Assembly: GCA_016715995.1 (NCBI GenBank)
Contig: JADJXF010000018.1
Location: forward strand, 89,819-153,818
Origin: Flavobacteriales bacterium
Lineage (GTDB): Bacteria; Bacteroidota; Bacteroidia; Flavobacteriales_F; PHOS-HE28
Reading direction: 5' to 3'
Length of the DNA: 64,000 nucleotides
Shown one piece after another: positions 30,350-39,157 of this stretch. Positions within the stretch are counted from its first letter, which is position 1. Each line of letters opens with the position of its first letter. The notes below the pieces were generated by a model. It saw nothing but the letters and a program-made list of their open reading frames with translations, searched no databases and was not told where the DNA came from. The position numbers and the translations under genes are program-made.

Positions 30350-30555
30350 TCAGCCCTTTGGTCCCGGAGCTGCGGTGAGGAGAGTCAGTGGCTTGCCTTC
30401 GTAGGCTTTGAAGTTCTGGGCTACGGTCGCCTCGGCGAAGTGGTCGCGGAGCGAAGACCGGTCACGACGCAGCGGCGACCGTAGTGGTTGAGCACCACAT
30501 CGCGGAAATAGTCCTAGCCTAAGCGCAAGGTGACCTCGCGCCGGGAAGTGCTCAT
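30350..30555 (-). pseudogene. HNH-endonuclease remnant (in-frame amber stop, 3' truncated)
   Basis: Minus-strand reading MSTSRREVTLRLG-[TAG]-DYFRDVVLNHYGRRCVVTGL... resembles the start of HNH_2-type restriction nucleases (Y..rC.vTG) but lacks the downstream AHI/N-H residues and contains a stop. Confidence 0.35.
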
Positions 30556-30623
30556 ATATGGCGCTATATGTGATGCGTACCTGATACTTCGAACCACCAC
30601 CTTACAAACTACATATGTGTGTC

Positions 30624-30631
30624 TATATTTG
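30624..30631 (+). promoter_or_regulatory. Bacteroidetes sigma-A -7 element (TAnnTTTG)
   Basis: TATATTTG in an AT-rich stretch 24 nt upstream of the ATG at 30655. Confidence 0.3.
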
Positions 30632-30654
30632 TCGACATATTCATCCAGAAGACC

Positions 30655-30880
30655 ATGAAAGAGAAGCGCGATCGGTTCGCCAAGGTGGCCGCCTCGAGAG
30701 TCCAGAAGGCGCTGGATGCGCTAGGAGAGCCTCTCGAAGTGCAGCAACAAGACCAACTACGAGTACACCGAGGCCGATATCCGGAAGATGTCGCGTGCGC
30801 TAAACGACAAGCTCAAGACCACCTTGGGTATGTTCCGCTCCGGGGCTGATTCCAAGGGTGCCAACACCTTCAAATTCTGA
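30655..30880 (+). CDS. small (~75 aa) hypothetical protein, first gene of the dcm operon (frameshift near 30725)
   Basis: MKEKRDRFAKVAASRVQKALDAL... continues after a 1-nt shift as ...SKCSNKTNYEYTEADIRKMSRALNDKLKTTLGMFRSGADSKGANTFKF. Confidence 0.45.
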
Positions 30881-30974
30881 TGATGCGCTGTCCAGGGTCG
30901 CATGTTGAAACATTCGCCGGAATTCCCATCTTACGGGACGGGTTTCTGCCGAATTTTCTGGCAGCCCCATTCCC

Positions 30975-32575
30975 ATGGCAAAGCCGCGTCAATACACGGC
31001 CCTCGACCTCTTTTCAGGTTGTGGGGGCTTCAGTCTCGGACTCCAACGCGCAGGCATCAAGGTGCTTGGTGCTGTCGATTTCAACAAAGAGGCCATCGAA
31101 ACCTACCGGGCGAACTTCCCGGAAGTGCCTTTCGTGAAGGAAGCGGACATGAAAACCATGAAACCCGCAGACCTCGCCAAAGCTATCCACGCCAATCACG
31201 TCGATGTGATTGTTGGTGGGCCACCTTGCCAAGGGTTCAGCATGGCGCGACAACGCGATGGAGCGAACCACGGGCAGCGACGTTTCGTGAAGGATGAGCG
31301 CCGCGAACTATACCAGGAATTCCTACGGTTCGTGGACCACTTCCAGCCGAAGGTGTTCGTAATCGAGAATGTCCTTGGCATCAAGAGCGCGGAAGGCGGC
31401 AAGTATTTCACCGCCGTCCAGCACGAAGCGCGGAATTTGGGCAAGGAAGATGGCAGACCGGGCTACCGTGTGCATGCGCAAGTGGAGCAGGCATGGGAAC
31501 TCGGTGTGCCTCAGAAGCGCAGACGCCAACTCATCATCGGTGTTCGGGCTGACCTACCAGGATACTTCCCAACGAAGCTCTCAACGCCGAAGCGGTCCAT
31601 GAAGGATATGACCCTTGGTGCTGCGATCATGGATCGTCCTGTGTTGGAAGGTGGGCAAGTCGAAGAGGAACGCGAGTACGATCGCGCCTCCGGGAAAAGG
31701 CCATCAAGCAATTCGGCCGCCACGCTGAGAAATACCTCTACAATGTACTTGAGGTTAAGAGGGCCAAGAAGCTTACTGGACATCGTGCACGGAAGCATAG
31801 CGACCGTGACTTGCGGGACTTTGCCAAGTTGAAGGAGGGACAGAGTTCCGCCAACGCCATGCGAGCTGGCATCAAGTTCGAATTCCCGTACAGCACAGAG
31901 AGCTTCAAGGACCGCTACACCCGGCAGGATCGGAAGGCACTCTGTAGCACTATCGTCGCACACTTGAGCAAGGATGGACTGATGTTCATCCACCCAACGC
32001 AGAACCGCTCGTTGACCCCGCGTGAAGCCGCACGGGTGCAGAGCTTCCCGGATTGGTTCCAGTTCCCGTTCTCACGTACACATCAGTTCAGGATGATCGG
32101 CAACGCCGTACCGCCGCTGGTTTCTGAAGCCGTAGGGAATGAGGTGGTGAACTTCATTGCTGGTCAAACCTTGATTAAACGAACTCGCATGAACCGCACG
32201 ATACCACAAGACCAAGAGGAAGCCGTGAACTGGCTGCTACCTGTCCTTGACCTATCTGCCAAGGAGTTGAGCCAAATGGAGAAGGCGGAATTCCTGCGCG
32301 CATGGCGTGCGGTTGCTTTCCTCTACCCTGGCTTGCACCCCGATGGTGCGTTGGATCATGGAAAGCGCATCGAGCAACGGAGGGAAGGACCGAGTTGGGT
32401 GATGATGATCGAGCCCAGACTTGTCACACCGTACTTCAGCCAAAGCGGATGGCCTGTTGTGTTGAAATCACTCGCTAATGAGGCGTGGCGGAGGGACGAT
32501 GCTGGTCTGCTTGCTGACGACGAGTTGTACTCGATAGATGCGCAGCATGCCGGTATGACACACGCAATGAACTAG
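30975..32575 (+). CDS. dcm: DNA (cytosine-5)-methyltransferase (frameshift in A-run at 31694-31698)
   Basis: Motif I DLFSGCGGFSLG, motif IV GGPPCQGFS, motif VI ENV, and C-terminal QNRSLTPREAARVQSFPDWFQF / GNAVPPLV. The two halves are ORFs 30975-31832 and 31811-32575. gggaaaagg lacks one A relative to the in-frame reading. Confidence 0.85.
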
Positions 32576-32579
32576 GCAC

Positions 32580-35247
32580 ATGCAGGCTCCTCATTGGCAA
32601 TTCGCATCCACTGGGGGCGGCACCGAGGATGGGGTTTCCAATCCCGACCTTGAGTATTTCGAAGGGATTAGAACTACTATCTCGCTCGCGAGATCCTTCA
32701 GAACGCCCTCGATGCGCGGCTTGATGCAACGAAGCCGGTCCGTGTGGACTTCACCTTGCTCGAAATGCCGAAGTCACAGTTCCCTGGCTTCGATGAGTTC
32801 GTTGATGTCTGGAAAGCTGCCAAAGCCCTTTGGCCACAAAGCGAGGAGAAGTGTCACCAATTTCTTGATGCTGGTCTGCGTTGCTTGGAGCAGCCCAAGC
32901 TTCGCGTGCTCAAGATTTCGGACCACAACACAGTTGGCCTGAATGGCGACGATGGCGATCGGAGTGGTGCTTGGTTCTCCTTGGTAAAGTCAGTTGGGTC
33001 CACTACCAAAACTGGAGGACAGGGTGGATCATTCGGTATCGGGAAAGGAGCCCCATTCGCGGCTTCGATGCTTCGCACTTGCTTCTACTCCACGGTCAAC
33101 GAGCGTGGTCAAAACGTCTTCCAAGGCGTGGCCAAGCTGGTCAGCCACAAGAAGGACGACGACGTGAGGCGCGGTGAGGGGTCCTATGGTTTGGCGATGC
33201 AGTCCTCCATACGAAACAGGGAGCAAATGGAGGAAGCCATGGTGCGTAAGCAGCGTGGCTTGGACATATACGTGATGGGATACAAGGTTCAGGACGACTG
33301 GCAGGAAAAGCTCATTCGGTCTGTCCTGCGGAACTTCTGGCTGGCAATTCGTGACCAGGAACTCGTGGTCGTCATTGATGGTCAGGAAATTTCTGAAACA
33401 ACCGTTGACGAACTTCTGGCCAAGTACTTTCTGAACGAACCTTTCAAAGACGCTACTCGTCCCGAAGGGAATCCGCTGGAGTACTTCAAGGCATACAAGA
33501 ACGGTACGCCGTTCCACAAGGAGCTGCCGATACTTGGTCCTGTCAGGTTCTATTTCAATCTGACCGAGGAACCCTTGAATTGGGTCGCGATGATCCGGAA
33601 GCACAAGATGGTCATCTACACTCGCACATTCCACTTCCTTCACCATACGCCGGGGTGTTCATTTGTGACAATGCCGCTGGCAATGCAGAACTGAGACGGA
33701 TGGAAACACCGGCCCATGATAACTGGGACCCGGCAAGGCATAAGGAAAAGGGGCAGGCGATCGAGGAAGAGATCAGAGGCTTCATACGAGAGTGCTTACG
33801 CGCCATGACCAAGTCTCAAGAGGGAGGAAAGGTTGAGATCCCAGGACTCCATCGATACCTCCCGTTTGAGCATGAGGATGACGACACACAAACAGGCGGA
33901 ACAGCCATGGAGTATTCCGGAAGACCAGTTGCCGGACCAGAGGAAACCGCCCGTGAATTGGGTGCGGCAGAAAGCATCAATGAGACCGTCACGATAAGCC
34001 CTTATCGAGTTACGGTCTTAAATGAACGCAAAGCTGGGTTTGAAGGTGAGGGCGCAGAAACAGGGGGAAAGAAGACCAAGAAGAAGCGGAAGCCGCATCG
34101 CGGTGGCGAAGGCGAAAACGATGCGCTACTGAAAGAGCACCTGCACACCCGTGCATTCTGTATCGGCCAGTCATCCGATGTTCTCATTTACCAGCTCGTA
34201 GTGCGGAGCGGCATTGACGGACTTTGCAGCCTGAAGGTGAATGCTGTTGGTGAAGAGGGTGGCGAGAAGGTGGTCTTGAGGACCGCAGTAGATCGCAGCG
34301 GAAATCAATACAAGGTCAATGGACACCGCATCTTGAACATTCCGATCAGCAGTTCATCGGACCTCCAACTCAGCTTGGAGGTGGAAGGTCTGGACGGCTT
34401 GCACTCAGCATTGACGGCTATGCGCTACAACAATAGAGACTATCCCCATCCGGTTCTTGGTGTTGGCGATGCCGTTGCTGGTCATTTCAGCGTGCGGTTA
34501 GCCGTCCGCGCAGGTACCAAGGAGATTCGCTTAGAGCCGGTCTACGACCTTGGCAATCGCACACCAACGCATCCTGGCATTGAAGGCGGGCAGGCTCAGT
34601 TCGCAACTCACATCTATTGCAAGGGCACCATGTTCCGTGAAGTGCGGAAGTCGACCAAGGCCGTAGCGGAAACTATTGTACTTCCAGCCAGTGCGCTTCG
34701 CGACAAGGTGGAAGTGGACTTCTTCGTATGTGCGAACGCTCCGATCGCAGCCTACACGAATTCCGACGCGCATTCCGACTTCGTGGGGCACTCGTTCCCA
34801 GTTGAGCGAGGCGTGATTCTGGCATACGGCGGGCAAGGCGTCTTCTATGCGAACAAGACTCCTGAGGAACTGAAGGCGATCTCGTCCTTCATGAACATCG
34901 ATCGCGACCCACGACCTCACGGGCCTATGTACAACGCCTACGATGGGGACAAGATCACCGTGATGCTGTCCTCGAACGACTACCAGCGCTATCAGATCGT
35001 CAAGAGGGATCCGTACATCGTTGAGATCCTGCACAGCGCGATCGTTCTGCCCGCTTTGATGCAAGCCATTGCCGTAGTCCAAGAGGAGCCGTCAGAGTTT
35101 GCTGAGCACAAGTGGTTCGACATTCTCAAAGGACTAGTCGAGGAAACCAAAGAGGAAGATCCGATGAAGATCGCGCAGAAAATCTTGGAGAACCCGCTCA
35201 ACCGTTCCTTCAATGCTGTGACCAGCATGATGGAAACAGCAGATTGA
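32580..35247 (+). CDS. large (~890 aa) protein with N-terminal GHKL/Bergerat-fold ATPase domain (sacsin/MutL-like) and uncharacterised C-terminal region (two homopolymer frameshifts)
   Basis: N-box LAREILQNALDA, G1-like ISDHNTVGLNGDD, G2 GGQGGSFGIGKGAPFAAS. Pieces are ORFs 32580-32942, 32744-33694 and 33580-35247. Shifts at agaac (32669-32673, one A short) and ttcc (about 33645, one C short). Starts 5 nt after the dcm stop. Confidence 0.7.
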
Positions 35248-35251
35248 TGGC

Positions 35252-35995
35252 ATGAGCAGCACGGAGCAACCCATCGCTCTCCTAGAGCAGAAGATCCTAT
35301 CGACACGCACAGTCGACAGGATGTATCGGCAACTCAAGAACCTTCAGGATCACTCACAATACCTAGCTGGGTCATACGTCGGCGAGCTAGAGTTTCCGAA
35401 AGGGGGTTCCGGTATTGCGGCCGTCGAGGACCTCAAACTTGTTCCTCCAGACTCCAAAGACCTGCAAGACTTAGCCAATACCAAGCTCATCTATCACGCC
35501 TTTCAGAAGCTCACTCCGGCACAGGCGTCTGACAAGAGGCTGTGGACCTACCTGACGCATGTGACTTTCTGGGACTACATGAGAAAGCGATGGCCAGTAG
35601 ATGAGGCGGACAAGCCCATCAACAGGATAAGTGATCGCTACTTTCTCACTACGACAAGCTTGGAGTCGCTGACTAGGAATGGCATCTCGCGCTTGTGGTG
35701 GTATGGCTATTTAACGCACGACGCGAGTCGCAGCAATCCATGGGAGTTGACGGAGACACTTCTGTCGCGCGCGGATCTTGTGGTTGGCATTACAGAGCGC
35801 GCTGTCGGCAGCAATCAAACCTTGCGTACTGCTGTACTGGAGTTTCTTGCTGACAACCCGGAGATCAGTCTAAGTGAAAAGCTCACCCGTGAACTTCTCA
35901 AGAAGCTGAATCTTGTTGGGGGTACTCGCAATCTGCCCTTCCTGGATGTCGCAGAGTTGAAGGTGCTCTTAGCGAGTATTACCCCAACCTCTTAG
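35252..35995 (+). CDS. hypothetical 247-aa protein, translationally coupled to the GHKL gene
   Basis: Starts 5 nt after the 35247 stop. Trp/Tyr-rich motifs (KRLWTYLTHVTFWDYMRKRW, RLWWYGYLTHD). No family recognised. Confidence 0.6.
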   Translation: MSSTEQPIALLEQKILSTRTVDRMYRQLKNLQDHSQYLAGSYVGELEFPKGGSGIAAVEDLKLVPPDSKDLQDLANTKLIYHAFQKLTPAQASDKRLWTYLTHVTFWDYMRKRWPVDEADKPINRISDRYFLTTTSLESLTRNGISRLWWYGYLTHDASRSNPWELTETLLSRADLVVGITERAVGSNQTLRTAVLEFLADNPEISLSEKLTRELLKKLNLVGGTRNLPFLDVAELKVLLASITPTS

Positions 35996-36234
35996 CCATC
36001 ACTACTTCTTGGTTCTTCAGTAGGCTCTGCATTTCGCGTTAGGGACAGCAGCGGAAAAGCCCGGAGCGTTCTTAGGCGAGGACTTGTAGCGAATGGCCCG
36101 ACGGCGCGTCTTCGAACCGGAATAGCCAAACCACCGGCATTCCCCGAAGACACCGCCCCACCACCTAGAACATTGCTGCCGTAGGGTGCTCCAGAAAGCA
36201 ATACTTCTAATAGCCTTTCCCAGTGCCTCTTGCC

Positions 36235-36807
36235 CTAGTAGATAAGTATGCAAGTGTCAGCACCCCTTTGGGCGAAGCCAAGCTTGGATGGCGGACAGGC
36301 ATTTGACCCAGCAATCTCAAGCGGCCCAAGAACAAGATTCACCCAATCTACGCTCGCAAAACCTGGAGCAGGATTATGGTTAACCCAGACTCCTTTAACC
36401 TTCAATAGATTCGCCTCGATCGTATTCATTATCACCCCAACTCGATCCGGAGGTAACGCCCAATCCATTGGCCCCCATTTGCGGCGAAACTCAATGCGCC
36501 ATTTAGGTCTTCGCGCTCTTTCATCCGGAATCTTGACTAACCTGGGAGTGGCAAGCCATGGGCGAATCAAGCGGCCTTCAAGTGAGGTGCTTCTCAGCCT
36601 TTCGATCTCACGACCATTCCCACGTTCCACTCTACCATCATCGCGTACCTGTGCGGTTGAGGACTTGGAGGAAGCCAATACATTCTGGGTCCTCTCCTGA
36701 CGAGTCCGCGTTGTGTGTGGGAAAGCCTGTAGATCATCTGCGTGACATGACAAAAATCGCTCGGGATGGAAAACGGTCACGAGGCCAAGTACGATTGTCT
36801 CCATCAC
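36235..36807 (-). CDS. hypothetical protein (weak call)
   Basis: 190-aa ORF with protein-like composition (...KWRIEFRRKWGPMDWALPPDRVGVIMNTIEANLLKVKGVWV...). The plus-strand alternative is S/P/L/R-rich. No motif recognised, Vsr motifs absent. Confidence 0.35.
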   Translation of the reverse strand: MMETIVLGLVTVFHPERFLSCHADDLQAFPHTTRTRQERTQNVLASSKSSTAQVRDDGRVERGNGREIERLRSTSLEGRLIRPWLATPRLVKIPDERARRPKWRIEFRRKWGPMDWALPPDRVGVIMNTIEANLLKVKGVWVNHNPAPGFASVDWVNLVLGPLEIAGSNACPPSKLGFAQRGADTCILIY

Positions 36808-36816
36808 TCAGGCTAG

Positions 36817-37818
36817 TTACTTCCTATGAATGAAGCGAACACCCAATGATACCAAGAATACGCTCGTTAGAAGAATGCCAAGAAACGCCTCGAGTGCGGC
36901 CATAACATCACCCCAAGTTGTCAATGGGACAATCGTCCCGCCTCCCATAGTCGCAAAGGAAATGAAGCTCAAAGCAATCCCATGAACCAGGCTGTAAGAT
37001 TCGATTGAACTCACACAAACACCGAGTATAGGATAAACGATGATGCCAAAAACCAAGATTACGCCAAGCATCCAAAGCAGGGTGAGTTGTGGTCGAACTC
37101 CATAACCCCACAGGTGTCGATGGACATTCCAAAGCAAGTTGGCAATCGATGATTCTGAGCGTGCTCGTTGGGCACGGTGGAGATTGCGCATTTCTCGCAG
37201 ATACCATCGGTGAGCCGCGAAGTAGTTTGACCGGGCTTCGGCATTCTTCCCTAAGACCCTGTATACACTTGCGGCCCTTTCATGCTGACAGATGCACTCT
37301 TCACCAATCGACCCAATATGTACGCCTTCCCAATTAGTCTGTTCATCCATACGACAACCATAGAAGAAAGCTCCCTCTAGGCTAGATCCTTCTAAATCGA
37401 CCCCGGACAGGTCAGAAAACTCAAAATGCCCACCTACTGCTTGTGTGGCGGTGAAGATTGATCGACAAAGAACTGCGTTCGTAAGCACAGCTCCATTCAG
37501 TCTTGCAGAGCGACAATTCGCAAACTCAAAATTTGCACCCACCAACACCGTGCGCTCTAAGTTCGCACCCTCAAGGTCCGCAAGTGGCAGTTGTGCCCCG
37601 GTCAAATCGAGATCTGATAAATCACGTCCCGCCAAAGTCGCTCCCTCAAGCCATAAATCGGAGGACCGAATCGCTGCATTCAGGGCGTCACGAACGCGAT
37701 GGTTCCCCTCCGCGACAAAGTGGAATACACAATATTCTGTACTGCCCGCAGCAATCTCCCGCTCGCAGTAGTCGCGAGGACGACCTGTGTGCAGATACTT
37801 ATGCTTACAGACGGCCAT
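36817..37818 (-). CDS. pentapeptide-repeat protein fused to a C-terminal 2-TM pore-like (ion-channel-like) domain
   Basis: N-terminal 4-Cys cluster (CKHKYLHTGRPRDYCEREIAAGSTEYCVFH). Tandem A(D/N)LxxA pentapeptides (ADLEGANLERTVLVGANFEFANCRSARLNGAVLTNAVL...). C-terminal two hydrophobic helices flanking SFATMGGGTIVPLTTWGD. Confidence 0.7.
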   Translation of the reverse strand: MAVCKHKYLHTGRPRDYCEREIAAGSTEYCVFHFVAEGNHRVRDALNAAIRSSDLWLEGATLAGRDLSDLDLTGAQLPLADLEGANLERTVLVGANFEFANCRSARLNGAVLTNAVLCRSIFTATQAVGGHFEFSDLSGVDLEGSSLEGAFFYGCRMDEQTNWEGVHIGSIGEECICQHERAASVYRVLGKNAEARSNYFAAHRWYLREMRNLHRAQRARSESSIANLLWNVHRHLWGYGVRPQLTLLWMLGVILVFGIIVYPILGVCVSSIESYSLVHGIALSFISFATMGGGTIVPLTTWGDVMAALEAFLGILLTSVFLVSLGVRFIHRK

Positions 37819-38011
37819 CTATTCGAAAGAAAGAGTACTACAGCTAGTTCATTGGGTGTGCCGGCAATTCGCAGCGTGTCATTCACTGTTCACATATTCC
37901 TCCGATACTGCCCCCCTACCTCGTCCTTCGGCTGCCGCTCAGGACTCGCCGCCGTCAGCTGCCCCAGTGAGCAATACTATCGCCTCCATCAGCACCATTT
38001 TATCACGTTGC

Positions 38012-38344
38012 CTATGCCTTGGCGGCAGTTCTCCGCTCCATAGACTTCCGGCGCACTGGCCTGGCCAGCGGCTGGGGCATCTTGGGCAATTTCCCGGCGT
38101 ACAGCGTCTCGAAGCGGAAACACATCTCCCAGTCGTCCCAGTATACATCCACGTTGCGGTGCAACTTGAACTGCCGGAAGCGCAGCACATCCAGGTACTG
38201 GCTGTTCATGGGGTTCTGGCCCGCCGCGCTCAGGAACGGGTGGAAGTCGATCTCGCTCACATGCCCATCGGTGAACTGGAAGCGGATGGCATAATCACCC
38301 TTGTAGGTGGCCTTCTTGATCCGGACGTTATCTGCGATCCTCAT
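38012..38344 (-). CDS. DUF2442-family protein
   Basis: MRIADNVRIKKATYKGDYAIRFQFTDGHVSEIDFHPFL matches DUF2442. Confidence 0.65.
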   Translation of the reverse strand: MRIADNVRIKKATYKGDYAIRFQFTDGHVSEIDFHPFLSAAGQNPMNSQYLDVLRFRQFKLHRNVDVYWDDWEMCFRFETLYAGKLPKMPQPLARPVRRKSMERRTAAKA

Positions 38345-38646
38345 TTCACACGTCGGGTGATGCGCTCGGGCTTGATGCGCTTGTGTTCTACATAGAAGGC
38401 GGTCCATTTGGCAACGATGTCGCCTTTCATTGCCCGCACGAAGGACTCTGCTTCCCGTTGTTCCTTCTCGTTCAGCATAGCAGCTCCGCGCTTGGCACGC
38501 CAGCGCAATTCCACGAGCTTGCCTTCCACGATGATGAGCATGATGATGCCCTCGCGGTCGCCATGCTGCACATGGAGGTGCATAGGGTCATGGTCGTCGC
38601 TGTAGAACAGGAAGATGAGGCCGAAGTAATCGTACAGCTTGGGCAT
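38341..38646 (-). CDS. DUF4160-family protein
   Basis: MPKLYDYFGLIFLFYSDDHDPMHLHVQHGD matches the DUF4160 N-terminus. Stop overlaps the DUF2442 ATG (ATGA). Confidence 0.7.
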   Translation of the reverse strand: MPKLYDYFGLIFLFYSDDHDPMHLHVQHGDREGIIMLIIVEGKLVELRWRAKRGAAMLNEKEQREAESFVRAMKGDIVAKWTAFYVEHKRIKPERITRRVK

Positions 38647-38667
38647 TGGCCCAAAGGTAGCGACCGG

Positions 38668-39143
38668 TATGGCCTTACATGTTCCTTCTATACTGCCCAC
38701 CTACTTCAAACATCGCAGCAGTAAGCTGTCCAAGGCTACAGTACTTGGTCGCCTCCATCAGCACTGCGAACATGTTCTCGTTCTTGATCGCCGCTTCTTG
38801 CAATTTGCGCAACGCCGCCTTGGCTTCTTCGGCGTAGGCCTGCTGCACGTTCTCCACCGTCCTGATCTGCGCCTCCTTCTCTTCCTCCGTAGCGCGAATG
38901 ACCTCCTTCGGCAGGATCGTCGGTGAGCCTTTGCTGCTGAGGAAGGTGTTCACGCCGATGATCGGGTATTCACCGGTGTGCTTCAGCGTTTCGTAGTAAA
39001 GGCTTTCCTCCTGGATGCGGCTGCGCTGGTACATGGTCTCCATGGCGCCGAGCACACCGCCGCGTTCGGTGATGCGGTCGAACTCGGTGAGCACGGCCTC
39101 TTCCACCAGGTCGGTGAGCTCTTCGATGATGAAGGAGCCTTCG
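38668..39143. repeat. direct repeat copy 1 (icmF 3' end, ~470 bp, diverged)
   Basis: DNA alignment to 43666-44143 with scattered substitutions. Homology begins at ggctccttcatcatcgaagagctcacc. Confidence 0.7.
38675..39143 (-). pseudogene. diverged partial copy of the 3' end (last ~155 codons) of icmF
   Basis: Encodes ...[28 protein letters not shown]...[14 protein letters not shown], about 90% identical to the C-terminus of the intact gene at 43666-44143. Same stop context (ttacat(g/a)ttcc). No upstream gene body. Confidence 0.7.
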
Positions 39144-39157
39144 CGGGTTCACACCGA

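Noticed and set aside
30292-30400. tRNA gene at the island's left edge as integration target
   Set aside because: No cloverleaf-compatible sequence (no GTTC..A T-loop / acceptor pairing) seen. No tRNA-like segment elsewhere in the window either.
35996-36234. Possible Vsr (very-short-patch-repair) endonuclease gene next to dcm
   Set aside because: No FVHGCFWH / FW..K..N..RD / VWEC motifs in any frame. The only ORFs there (35992-36201, 36017-36253) are short and unconvincing.
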